Source of the DNA: Intoshia linei
Lineage: Eukaryota > Animalia > Orthonectida
Length of the DNA: 58,594 nt
Assembly: GCA_001642005.1 (NCBI GenBank)
Contig: LWCA01000081.1
Coordinates: 1-58,594, forward strand
Direction: 5' to 3'
Both the position numbers and the translations under genes were made by a program. Under the pieces are notes generated by a model. That model worked only from the letters and a program-made list of their open reading frames with translations, made no database searches and was not told where the DNA came from. Positions 1 through 13,700 of this stretch are shown here, one piece after another (positions within the stretch are counted from its first letter, which is position 1; the number at the start of each line of letters is the position of its first letter).

Positions 1-1145
1 TTAGATTTACATTTTGGGACAGACGACGATTTAGTAAAAAGAATAAAGTCAAAACTTGAAAATGATTTTAAAAGTTTTAGATGTCTCGTTTTTTTTAAAT
101 TTTTTTAGACGTGTCTTTTAGGGCAGACGACCATATAGAAAAGAGAATAAAGTCAAAACGTGACAATGATTTTCAAAATGTAGAGAGGAGTATTTGAAAT
201 TTGTGGCTTTTATCAAAAAAAATTTTGATTAAGAAATTAATATACTGTTAAACATTGTATTGTTGTTACACAGTATATATTGATATATTAATACATAATT
301 TAACATTTAACCATACAATTACCTTAAACGTCACTTAATTTTTACTAATAATTGTTATGTGCTAAATATGCTTAAAATGTGTGTCTGCTTTTGTGTACCA
401 TTTATTTACATTTGCCAGAAAACTGACTATCTTGAAAATTCTAGCCATTTTTTGTTTACGAAGAAATTAAGATAAATGTCAAAGTTAACAATTGGCAATT
501 TTATAAATACCAACAACAACAAACACCACAAGTTATCTTTATAATATAAATTTCAAAGTTTTTCCGGTGTCAGAAAATGACATCTTCATTGTTGATCACA
601 AAATTTGTTATAAACTAACAAACCAAGAGTCTTAGAATTTAAATAAACACAAATTTAAAGTTATTTTTAACACTATTGCAGGCTTATGTTTACAAATTTT
701 GCTTGAAATTTATATCTTCAAGCTATCCTTTCATTCTAACGCTTTAAATGGATTATCATATCACACAAGAGCATGATGTTGCATTTAGTACCCAAAAACA
801 ATGGATTCTTTACATCATTAATGTTAGTGAGAATTACTTTATTATTTAGCAATTAACATTTTTATAAACTACATATACTGTATTTTATGGATATTTATGT
901 TAAATATTGATATATTAAATGAATGCGTTGTTTGTCTTCCATTTTTTTAATAGGCATATAACACGACATATTAACAATCTAGGGCTATTTTAAAGTTAGT
1001 ATATAAATGGGTTAATTATATCCGATTTTTTTTGGTGTAGATAAAATTGCTAATTGTACTGATTTTCAAGAATAAGTGTTAAAATTGTCTCAAATGACCT
1101 ATATAATTAGTTATGAAATGAAATCATTTTTATTTTAAAAATATT

Positions 1146-4100
1146 ATGTACGGATTATTAGTAAGTCCCATGTTAACAGGGCTAAAGATAAAGTATGATT
1201 TCGTAGAAGAATTGTTGGAAGAGGTGGGCATTAACGTTAACATACAGGTAAAAATAAAAAATAAATGTTTTTGCATTTATTAGATGCACAATCGATACAA
1301 CGATAATGTAATCTATGACTTTCTCGAAAGGTTGTCGAAAAAATTAAACACTCCAATTGCAACGCTTTTATATGAGTCTGGAGCTTATTTTGTAAAATAT
1401 TTATTTGAAAATGGATACAGAAAGTATATTCTCAGCATTGGGCGCAACTATATAGAATTATTGGACAATATAGATAATGTTTTTTTATTTTTATAATTTT
1501 TAATATGTTACAGATTCATACATATTTGAAATATACTTATACTAGCTTGTGTCCGCCTATTTTTGTTCTAAAAAAAATAGACGAAAATAGCTATAATTTA
1601 CATTATTCATCGTCACGAAAATACTTTTGTCATTATGCTCACGGAATTTTGTATTATATTGCCAAATTGGTTTATAATACAGAAGTAGATGTTGATATCA
1701 TTGAGAATATTGTATCAAATAAAGAAATTTCGGTAAATTTTCTCATTAAAATTGCTATTGAACAGAATGATCAAGAAAAAATTATAAAAAATACAAAATT
1801 GTGTTCACTTACTCAATATTTAGCTACATTTAACTTTTACATTATATTTGATAAATATTTAAACATTACACATACAAGCCAATCATTTGATTATATAAAT
1901 TCTTCCTTGATAAATAGTTTTTTTCAAGAGTATATTTATTTGGAGCATCCCAAGATTAGAATTATCAATCTCACGAAAGTATTGTATTTTTAATATCATT
2001 TTTATTATTATTATTAGCTGTTGCATTATCCAAATATAATGAGCATTGTTGTCTCTATGACCGATAACGATGATAGTACTACAACTAGTTTGACTACTAC
2101 AAAATATGAAATAAAAATGGCTGGAATGTTGCATTGTGTTAACGATGACATTATCGTTATGTACTGCCTCCCCAAGTAATTATTATAAGTTATTACAAGT
2201 AACTCTTATTTTGGTCCGATTACTACAGCATCGATATTACTTTTTTTCTGTAATCATAACATACATTTCTGAGGTTGAAATTTTCAAGGACAGATTAATT
2301 GGCTGTGAACCATAAGAATTTTAATTACAACAAAGCAATATATTTTAAACCGATTAAATCAATTGTTTAGGATACAAAATTTCATAGATCTCAAACAGAA
2401 AAAAATGTTCATTTCAGATTTATCATCACATGATGGAACAAGAAACTACATTATTAAACATAATAATCAACGAAATACAATGAATCATCTTATAGAAAAG
2501 GTAATTTTTTATGTTTATAAGGTGATTGCAAACACAAAAAGGTTGAAAACCACTGGTCTAAACAATTTAATTATCTAATTCTAAGACTTATTTTTAAAAA
2601 AAAAAGTAATATGTGGTTTTGATCGTGTAAATACACTTTTTTGAGGTTGACATTTATCATAATGCTTATGATTTTATAAACTATTCTAAAATGTAAGTTT
2701 TATAAAATTGTCTTTTTTAAAAAAAAGGTAATCTGGTGTTTTTACCATCTAGGTATAAGTTTCTTGGGTGAGATTACGTAATGTTAATGATTTTAAAACG
2801 AGTCCCAGAATATTTGTTTTGTAAAATTTTAAGGCTGATTTTATTTTTAAAATAAGCGGAAATTGTGTTTATAATCCTGAAAGACTCCATTTTTGAAAAA
2901 GTAACCTACATAAAAACTTGACTCTTTAAAAATTCTACTACAATTAGGGGTTTGTTACATTTTAAGATTTTTAATATTTTAAATAAACTGTAACATACAC
3001 GCCTAAACTAAAATAAATACTCCAAAATTCAGAATACATGTTTGACAGTCAGATGTCATTATTGAAAGTTTTAAATTAAGATTTGTATGTTTGGTCAATC
3101 TAATCAGCTATAATACCATAAAAAACATTTTTTTAACATTTTAATATTTTTAACAGTAATTTTTTTTAATTCTAAGAATGTTTTCATTTAAAAAGAAAAG
3201 GTAATTTCTTGTTTTTGCCCTGAAGATATAATAAATAAATTTTTTTAAATTTAAATTTATGATAATATTTATGATTTTAAAATCTGTATCAGAGTGTATA
3301 TTTTTTAAATTCTTGAACTCGTTTGATTTTCAAAAAAAAGGTAACTTGCGGTTTGTTACAGGTAAGATGTGCAATTTGGAGGTCGAAATTTATCTTATTT
3401 CACCCGGAAAAAACTGTATTAGAAATGTGGACTTTATAAAATCTAACACTGGTAGTTATTGAAATAAACGATAACACACACACAGACAAACAGGGCATTT
3501 TATGTAAGTAAGGATGTATAATATTCATTTAGCAACATAAACAATGTTTAAAGAAAATCCAACAAGTTAAAAATATTTATATCGACATTGATAACGTTAA
3601 TGAACTTATACATGAATTATTTCCGAGTGAAATTGCTATTCAGTATTGTAATGGAGAAAATATTTCAGGGTATTGTCAGGTTAGATGAATATTATTTTAA
3701 AAATCTTTATAGTCTTTATAGTGTCCAACCGGGTCTAATTAATATTAATTAATTTTGTTTATTACATTAATTTAGCAAATAGACGTAGCATCAGTATTAT
3801 TTACGAAAATAAATGGATTTTATGAAATTTCTTTGAAATTGGAAGTAATCGAATTGATAAAATTTCTAAACAACTTATTTGAAATTATTGATAAAATTAC
3901 TGATAGTTACAATGTATATAAGGTTTAAAAGTTTAAAAATACAATTTTATTTGCCACAAATTAGGTTGAAACAGTATCTGATTCATACATGGTATTTTCG
4001 TTACTCAAAATTAGTTACTTTAATTTAGGTGGTGTGTGGTGCGCCAACACAAAATGATGAACATGCCGACATTATCTGTGATTTTGCTTTGGAGGTTTAC

Positions 4101-5508
4101 GATGTTTCTAAAAATATAAAAAATCCAATAAACACCAGTGAAAATATTCAAATGTGCATTGGTAAACTTTTATAGAAATACATTAAATTCAAAAAAGGAA
4201 TAAATTGTGGTTCAATTGTTACTGGAATTATAGGAAACAAAATTTTTAGATATTGCTTATTCGGTGACACTGTCAATACCGCATCTCGAATGACGACAAA
4301 TTGTGAACCCGAAAAAATACAATTAACTCAAAACGTCATAAAAAATTTAACTCAACCCTATAATTATATTTTCGACGATGGCAGAGAAATAGAGATAAAG
4401 GTTTCAATTTTCATTTATATTTTTTTGTTAGTTTTGTTAATTAATTAATTAATACCGGATCTGAATCGTATTTCGAATAGATTGAGTTGACTATGATTTT
4501 CCTATGAATCTCTCTTTAGGTCTAAATTAAGGTGTACGATGTACGATAATTAGATAAAAAGTCTATTATATATTTATGTAATTTATTTGAGTAATATAAA
4601 TTTTATGCTTTATTTAGGGTAAAGGTAATATGAAAACATTTTATTTGATGCAACACTCTGACGTCGGACGTGATAAAGCTGTTAATAGATGTACATCATT
4701 TATAAATAAAAGAATAGATTTAAAAAAAGAAAAAAAAATCTATGGGAAGACAAAACAAGTGGTACGAACGGCTTTTAATGTAAATAAATTTGTCGAAAAT
4801 TCTTTAAGATTGGAAAATGATAATGTCGATCAAGGTGACGTGATCAATAGTAAATCTATTACTCATATTAGACATAACCATTCAGCGATGGAAATAGTAT
4901 CTGAAACCCACAATGTTGAACCAAACTGCGCTAAGAGGAATAATATATTAATTCCAACAATAATGAAAAATGATATTATTAGAAACGGAGAAACTCAATA
5001 TACAGAAACTAATTTTATAGTTGGTAATAGTTCACAGTTGAATCCCACCGAGCCATCAAAAGCACCATTACCAAAGAATGAAACAGTATCGAATGAAAAT
5101 AATAACGATTTTACCGAAAATGACAAAATCGAAAATGTAGTTAAAAAAGATTTAACCGAAGATGAAGGATTAACGAATGAAATTCAAAATTATTCAAATG
5201 AAAATGAAACAGTAACCAATGTAGTTAAAAGCGAGTTAACCAGAAATCCTACAATAACAATTGAAGATTTATCTAATGAAACTAATAATGTATTAACCGA
5301 AAATCAACAAGATTTAAAAGAATGTTATCAAGCTACATTACATAGCAAAGATTGTAATTATGTTAAGAGTAATAATATGCGAAATGAGAAACGTTTTTCT
5401 AAAAATCTCAAATCTATGGAATGTGAATATGAAGATTTAAGTGAAAATGCATATATTAACGAGAAAAGTAATACTTTTTGTAATTATGATTTATTACTGC
5501 CATCCTGA
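1146..5508 (+). CDS. Atypical soluble guanylyl cyclase (H-NOX, PAS/HNOBA, coiled coil, cyclase, low-complexity tail); multi-exon
   Basis: Exon 1 (1146-1247) begins MYGLL and is followed by a 36-nt GT-AG intron. H-NOX motifs: DN|IHTYLKY (proximal His) and LHYSSSRK (YxSxR). Cyclase exons at 3776-4400 read NVYK|VETVSDSYM|VVCGAP and RYCLFGDTVNTASRM. The last exon runs GKGNMKTFYL to TGA at 5508. Confidence 0.92.
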
Positions 5509-7750
5509 AAATTGAGCATAAAAATAAATATTAACCGAAAAAAAGCTTGCAATTTGCAACTTTACAGACACAAACAGACAAGACATCCGTTTTTAGCAAA
5601 TTTTACTTTTTTAGTAAGACCTTTGAAAAATTTAAGAAATAAGGTTTTTAAGCAAATAGTTGAGGCTCCACTACAGCTCGCTGTATCTATCAATGGTCTT
5701 AAATTTAGAATTTCCTGAATCTCCTGTTTTAACAGAAACGTTTGGTGAGTAAGAAAGGCGTATCTTTGTAAGATTGAAATTTTTTGTAAATATTAATTAT
5801 AATTAATTGGAAATAACTGTATTAGCAATGACTTTTTATAATTAGTAGGATTATTAGTTGTTAGATTCAAGTTTTTGGGGTTGCCATTGATGGCAATGCT
5901 TATGATATTAAAAACTGGTCTAGAAATTGGTGTTTTTTAAAGAAGGGTAATTTTGGGTTTTAACCATGACACCTTTACGGACCCGTGGAAAGGAGCACTA
6001 CGTCCATATGACCGGCCCTACAATCATGAGGACTTACTTTTTAAATTTATTAATACGTAATGTTGGAAACTTTCTTAAGTATACAGTATATATAAGTATA
6101 TATAAGTACCAAAAATTCGATAATCAATGCGATTTTCAACGGTTATTTTTAATTTTTAGATATTGAACGATCGATTAAGCAATGTATAGAGGTCCCATTT
6201 TTAAAACATTTTTATATTGATTTTCTCATAAGATCATATTAAATTGGATGATTTAATGAAATATGTTGAAAATCATTAGATTTGCTAAATCATCAAAATT
6301 TTCGTATTCAGCTCTTGGGGTGACCAGTCACCCCCATGAGAAGCACTGCATTAATCCTACTATTGTTATTTATTCCGATTCAGATAAATGATAAATATGG
6401 TGTTAAAATATATGAGTGAATTAAGGATTAATTTAAATTGAAAATTATTAATTAAAACTTGCCGATATTAAAATTTAAAGAAAACTATTTTGTTAGGCTT
6501 AAAATTTAGGTCTAGAGTAAACTTTCTCAATGTCGAAGTAAATTTTGTGCGGCCGTAGTATCAATGAGAAAAGTAGCATTGTGGCTAAATTGTTGAAAAG
6601 GTTGTGTACCCCTGATCTAGATCAATGTTTCCCAAACCTTTTCCACGGTAGATCACTTGTCTAAAAAAATTTCCTTTCATCCTAAACACGTTACTAATGT
6701 AACGTTATATGTTTTTATTATATTTTCTTTTTTAAATCGAAAATTTTTCGATATTCCATTTGAAGTGGTAGCTTCAATAGTGTAATTAAAAAACTATTCA
6801 TTTTAAACGTACTTATGCCGAATCTACCGTTTTCGAGATCCTTATTTTGAGGGACTTTGAGGAAATTTTTTTAAAATGATGGCATCAATTTACTATATTG
6901 AACTTAAACAAATTCTTGAATATCGTAACTAATTTGTGTGATAAATTTAAAGTATCAACTCAAGGGTCTTAAAGAGGTCGATAGGGTTATTGAACACAAT
7001 AATTCGTTTACAATTTTTTAAAAGCATATTTTTCAGTTTATGAGTGGCCACGAGCTTGCTAGGTCGGTTCTGACAAGTACTATCGAACTAAGTTAAATTG
7101 TTACATAGATTAAATACAACACATGTGAAAATTATTCACGTTATTAAGTAAAACGTAACTTCGTTTTGATAAAATGATGTTTATGTTCACTAATAATAAT
7201 AATAAATGATCGATAATGAATAATATTCTAATTTAATTTAATTGTTAAAAAAGGTTTTTCTTGTGGACCACTTCGGGACCTACTGTATCTAGATTCTAGA
7301 TACAAAATTTCAACTTCAGAAATCTACACATTCCCGGTGAAAAATAACTTTAAAAATATAATCAACCAAAAAGCAAATTGGTTGGTTACCCTAAGGGTGG
7401 TAACCTTGTATATAGTTGTTATGATTATGTCTTTATGAAAATTCAAAATTTAAAACAAATTATAAAGAATACAGCTTTTTCCATGTCAGAAATAAAAATT
7501 TTCACACTCAAAAAAGGACTTACTATTGACATGTTTACTAAAATATTAATTTAGATGATGGGATTTTGGAAAAATTAAAGAATATATTGATGTGTAGAAA
7601 TGGGAATCAAACAACATCAAAAATGTGTTCAATTCAGTAATATAATTTGTGTTTCATCTATTGCATGTATCTATTAAATGTATTGATAATGTACTAATTT
7701 CCAATTTATTCATATAAATTTTAAAGAGATTGAAATGTTTATTGATTATT

Positions 7751-8319
7751 TTATAATTTCAGATTTTTTCTATGAACGTTTTGTAAATATTGCGTGATAT
7801 TGAAATTATCAACCATAAAATGTAATTTATTGACAAGTTGAATACTTGTTGATAGTATCATTTTCTCTTTTATTGAATAATGATAAAATACCTTTTCCGT
7901 AATAAAGTAAATAATAATGTACATATTTATAAAATTGATGCAATCCTTTCGTGTGACGGACCATTTGCTTTCGTATTGTAAAATTAAATAAAATTCATTT
8001 GCTGCATAGGGCAAATATAGAATAAACGCCGGAGACAGTAATGAAACGCAAAAATTGGCTATAAGGGTTTCTATTTTTAATAAAATACAATTGTTTTTAC
8101 ACTTTACAATAAGGTAATTCAACATTGTGTTATGTATGTATATAGAAGTGTTAGTAAATATCTATCTGGATAGTATTGCATTTTCAAATAAAAATCGTTC
8201 AATATAATGCCAAATACCTTTATATGAGTGTAGTTTGAATGGGTGGCATTAAAACCTTGTTGGCTTGAAAATACCATTATCATAATCATTGCTAAAATCA
8301 ATTTGCTGAGATATTTCAT
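7751..8319 (-). pseudogene. Orphan gene with signal peptide, split by a frameshift (paralog of 26890-27484)
   Basis: Two overlapping ORFs (8119-8319 and 7751-8125). Hydrophobic N-terminus MKYLSKLILAMIMIMVFS. Shares IIYFITEK, IQLVN and DNFN with the 26890 locus. Confidence 0.5.
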
Positions 8320-8798
8320 TAAATTAAAAGTTTCTGGATACTAAAATCTTATATATGACTGTTTGCTTTGAAAACTGCATGGAATATATAAATATAATAA
8401 ACGTTGTTAATGTATGTTTACAATTAACTCATCAAACAATTTCATCAAATAAGACAAATTTATTCTACTGTTAGGGGACCAAGGTATAGAATTTAAAATT
8501 TCGATAGTTACTAGTTATCTAGCATGCCAATATATGTAAAGTGGCAACATGGACGTAAAAAGTTAAAAACTAATAAAAAAAAGATTACATTTAACTACTT
8601 TTATTATATACTAATGAGTTTCTGCTGTTTCGCAGTATTCTCGGTGACATTTTGGATATTTCATTTGAAAAAAATTATGAAAATGATTTATATCGTGTGA
8701 CGACTCGAATCTAGAAGAATTGAACAATAAATATTTATTATTACATAAACATCAACAGCAAAGAATAAATTGGTACATTCATGGAATATAAACAAAAC

Positions 8799-9041
8799 TT
8801 AACCATACCTAATTGATTAAAACGTTTTTAATAAAAATAAGTGACAAATAAACCTAGGTCTAGAAACAAGAATATAATATTCCTTGAGTTTGTTCATGTA
8901 GCCCAAAAATTCTCCATCGTTTTTAAATTCATTGGGTGGAAGTGGAGGACCAAATATTAGATAGTTTCCACTTTCACACATTAATTGAGATAGTGATATT
9001 AATAACAAAATCAGCATAAAAATATTTTTAATCGCAAACAT
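8799..9041 (-). CDS. Neuropeptide Y/F (NPY/NPF) precursor, 2 coding exons
   Basis: Signal peptide, then PPLPPNEFKNDGEFLGYMNKLKEYYILVSRPR. A phase-2 GT-AG intron (8853-8809) splits the last Arg codon. Exon 2 (8808-8799) reads G TAT GGT TAA, completing R-Y-G-stop. Confidence 0.88.
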
Positions 9042-10764
9042 TATAAAATAATTACAATTTTATAAGTGTATTGATGTTTCAATTACAAATGTAGAATAAT
9101 TTTACATGAATGTGGTTCGATGTTTACAAAATCAATTTTTTTAAACATGTAATGTTTCAAATTGAATTTATTTAAGCACCCTTTATTATATAGTCATTTA
9201 AATGCAAACATTTAAAACATTATTATTATATGGAATTTTTTTAAGTTTGTCAATATACACCTAGTATCGATCTTGTAAAATTTACGTTAATCAATCAAAA
9301 CTACATTTATAATGTATATGTACTAATATATTATAAATTATATGTACAATTAATTTTATTAAATTTTATGCGTTTATTGGGTCTTTTTATACATTGTATC
9401 ATGCTGGTGTAGATTTAAAAATTTAATTTTTATATTTATTAATACTGTTGCGTAAAATATGTTAATATTGTATTTATAATTGATGGATTGATTGATTCAA
9501 AATTACATATTTTAATATGACAACCAAACCCAAACAGGCGTGTATTTTTGTATATAATTTTTTAGTACAGCTTTTTTATACAATTCCCAAAATATGTAGT
9601 GGGTAAATTTTCTACATCAGTTATTTTTAACCCTTTTTGTATTTGAATAATTTTCTATGAATTTAGTGTGTCTGTCTATGTAAAAATTTATTTAGAAAAC
9701 AAGCGGTTCCAGAATTTTAATACTCAAATTCTAAATTTGTTTTTTCTGGTGGAGAATGTAAGGTTAATAACCTAAAAAATTGTCATAAATAAAATGAATT
9801 CAAGAAAAAATTTTAAATACCTACAGTACTTTCTCCTTCATTAACGCATTTCAGATGAAGCAATGTTACCCATTCTTTAATCCTTTCAATATTTAAAAAC
9901 TGAATTCTAAATACTATGTATGTCTGCGTGTTACTGTTTATTTAAACAATTAACAGTTGTACAATTGAAAAAACCATTGTATTTAATACTGTTTTTCGCG
10001 GGTCGTGTTTATATCTAAGTTTAATTTTCTGAAATTGAGTCTTTCAATGTTAAAACCTCAATTTGCCCTTTTTTTAAAAATAAAATCAGTCCAAAAATAT
10101 AAAAAACAAAAATTAGAGGACGCGTTTTAAAATCATTAATATTTTCTTATATAATATAATATAATATTTTAAAAGTGAAAAATGTTCCAATATTTTATAA
10201 AACAAATTCTGGGATAGTTTTTAAAACATAAGCATAATAATAAATCACAACATTAAAAAGTATATTTTCATGATTAAAACCTGGATTACTTTTTTATAAA
10301 AATGAAAATAGTCCTAGAATGTAAAAAAAATTGCAGCTTATACAGTTATCTCCAGTAAACGCAAAAAATTTTTTTAGTCTCAAAAAATAAGGATTTCACG
10401 GTCAAAAAAGTACCGTGGTATTAATGTCTTAATAAAAGAGTTATGTGGGGGTTTGATTGTTAAAATGTATTTTTTTGAGTTTACGATTAACCCTTGTCAG
10501 TGACAAGTTTTCACACCTCCCACGATGTTAACTTGATATTTTAAATTTATCACACAAAATACAATGGATAATATTTTTAAATGTTGAATTTTGAAAGATG
10601 ATGACTTCATTTTACAAAAATTTAGTCGAGCCCTCCTAAGAGGTATCGGAGTACGATAGGTTCGGCTCTGTCTGCACGCATTTACTAAATATAAGTCACT
10701 GATAAGTAAGCGTTATTTTTAAAAAATAATTTGGGTTTAATTAAAAATTCACATAAATAATAAT

Positions 10765-13700
10765 CTATTCTTCGGTATCATACTCTTCATCTAATTCTGC
10801 GGCATCATCATCTACGTCATCATCAATACCAACATCTTGATATTGTTGATACTCTGAAATTAAATCATTATTATTTGATTCAGCTTCAGTAAATTCCATT
10901 TCGTCCATTCCTTCATTAGTATACCAATGAACGAAAGCCTAAAAATAATATATTAATTTAAGTAATTTTAAAATTGAACACTACGTGTGTAATTCACACG
11001 GTACCCACCAATGACTCTCAAATGGGTCTACTTATGTTCAAGAAATTAAATCATTATAGAAAAGTCGAAATAAAGTGTTATAAAGCAATAAGACTAAGAA
11101 ATATCTACAGAATAAGAATAATATTAAGGGAGGTCAATCTCAATAAAAAGTATACAATGATAATATCTGATACCAAATTACATACGCCTATAATTACCTT
11201 TCTAGAAAACATGGCTTCAAAGTTTGTGGTTAGTCTTTTAAACATTTCTAAGATTGCTAAAAATGAAATGTAAATTTAAAAAAAATTAAAAAAATGTAAA
11301 CCAGTGTTATTTCCAATAAATGTTGCACCCATTTTTTTGTTGAGGGGTGGGATGGAACAGTGTGCAGTTTTAACATTATTTGGTATCCATTCAACAAAAT
11401 ATGAATTATTTTTAGTTTGCATTTTTAACATTTGTTCGTCTACCTAAATAATTTGAGATTATACATTTATAAATATATAAACCTCTTTCATGGAAATGGC
11501 GCCTCTGAACATGGTTGCAACAGTTAAATATCTTCCCTGTCTTGGGTCAACTTCAACCATCATGTTTCTAGGGTCAAACATTTGTTGTGTCAGTTGCTGA
11601 ACAGATATATTTTCGTATTTTGCAGAATTATCACCAGTGCTTAATGGAGCCGTACCAGGCATGAAAAAGTGCAATCGTGGAAACGGAACCATGTTTACTG
11701 ATAATTTTCTCAAATCGGCATTTAACTGGCCTATATTAATCAATTCTAATATATCCATGATAAAAATTTAACCTGGAAAACGAAGACTCGTTGTAACACC
11801 GCTCATTGTTTCAGCTATCAAGTGATTTAATTCATCATAGCTCAATTTGTCCGTTTTTTTATTTTTCATTATTATTCTGTACAGAGCTTCATTATCACAA
11901 CAATATGTTTGATCTGTATTTTCAATTAAGCAATTTGTTGAAAGTATTGAATTGTAGTCTTCGATAACGGTATTTGATACCTACATTAAATGTTACAATG
12001 ATTACATAGATATGAAATAGGTATTTAATATAATATATTACTTTTCTACTGGGAATAATTGATGTAGTAGTTAACATTCTGTCTGGATATTCTTCTCTAA
12101 TGGTATTGATAATTAGAGTTCCCATTCCTGAACCAGTTCCTCCACCCAACGAATGAGACATTTGAAAACCTTGAAGACAATTGCACTGTTCAGATTCTTT
12201 TCTAACAATATCCATTGTTGCATCAATCAGTTCAGCCCCTTCAGTATAATGTCCTTTGGCCCAATTATTTCCTGCACCATTTTTAGCAGAAACCATATTA
12301 TCAGGACGGAACTGTGAAATATACATATTTATTAAAAATTTTTATCATCCATGAAAGCGTTTCTCAACCGGTTCATTAACCAAAATCTACTTTTATGAAA
12401 TAAAAAAAATTCAATAGTTAATAAATAGTATTGATTTATCATTAATATACTACAGTTAGTGTCGTCGAGAGCAAATCGTGGACACCTTATAAAAAATGAA
12501 AAAAATTTAGATAAGATTTTTATAATAAAAATGTTTTTTAATTTATATGTATTATATTTTTGATGTTTAAAAATTTTTTTTTTAAAATCAAGTATTAATA
12601 CAGAATAATAGACCGATCATATGACTCTCTCCACGGCCTAGAATTCATTATGTAGTTAAAACCTTGATAAATTTCATACTAGCATGTTTTATCCTTACGG
12701 AAGTTAAATGGTTTTAATTTTTTCACAATAGATAAGAAATTTGCGATTCTGATTATGAACATGAAAATTTAACATAATTCTTCGATGTGGAACAACTGCG
12801 TCAGAAATTGTGTTTTTTAAAATTATATTACTCTTATTTTTTTTAAGTAAACGAGAATAAACATAGAAATTGTATTTAAATTGTATACAAGTAAGAATTA
12901 ACTTATTGCTCCCACCCAAAAATAATTCAGATATGAAAACGTGCTCAATAAGAATTACTAGTGTATCCAGAGCCGACCCTACCCAGGTCGAGGCCATCAA
13001 AAATGAAAAATAGCTCTCTAAAATTTTTTTTTACACACTAACCATAGTGTGATATAGTCCCTAACTACCTATCTAAGGTTCTTAGCTTGATATTTTAAAT
13101 TTAAGACACCGAATAGTTATAATATTCAAGAATATAATTTTATTAATGCTCAATTTGGAAAAATGATATCCTTATTTTAAGAAAATTTTCGTCGAGCTCC
13201 CCCTAAGTGGAGTTTTGGGTACAGTAAGTTCGGCACTGAGTGTACCATTTATAGTTCCAAACGTGTTAATATTAAGCATAACGTACACACGATCGTGGAG
13301 AGAGCGAGCAATAAGCCCAAAGTTTTTAAAAATGGGACATCTACGTGACATGTACACAAGGGTGTTTCACTAAATCAAACTATGTAAAAATTTAGGTCAA
13401 ATTAGGTTTAATTTGGTATAGAAATCACTATACCGAAAAAAATTTCCATAAAAATTCGTTTTAATTTACAAGAATACTTAATACCGGAAGAAAAGTAATT
13501 TTAACTTTTAATGAAGTGCCGCAGGGTCTTTTTACATTATTTATAAATGACACCCCATTTTTATATTTCTCTAAATAAAATAAATCAAAAGCTTCTTTAA
13601 GTTATTTTTTTTTTCTTTAATGCTTTGTTTCTGGTTTTAAGTATTACTATGAAAAACTTGATAAATTGTTGCCAATGACAAAATTTTTAAAAATATGAAA

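Noticed and set aside
14-185. Two imperfect direct repeats about 105 bp apart
   Set aside because: Only two degenerate units in a eukaryotic context; not a CRISPR array, probably a repeat remnant.
3259-3462. Short ORFs within repeats (also 5512-5718, 13172-13357, 21608-21880, 48213-48398)
   Set aside because: They lie in interspersed repeat sequence and show no protein motifs.
8817-8853. ORF-track C-terminus RPRFICHLFLLKTF suggesting an RFamide
   Set aside because: This is read-through into an intron at the family-conserved position, and no amidation Gly follows the F.
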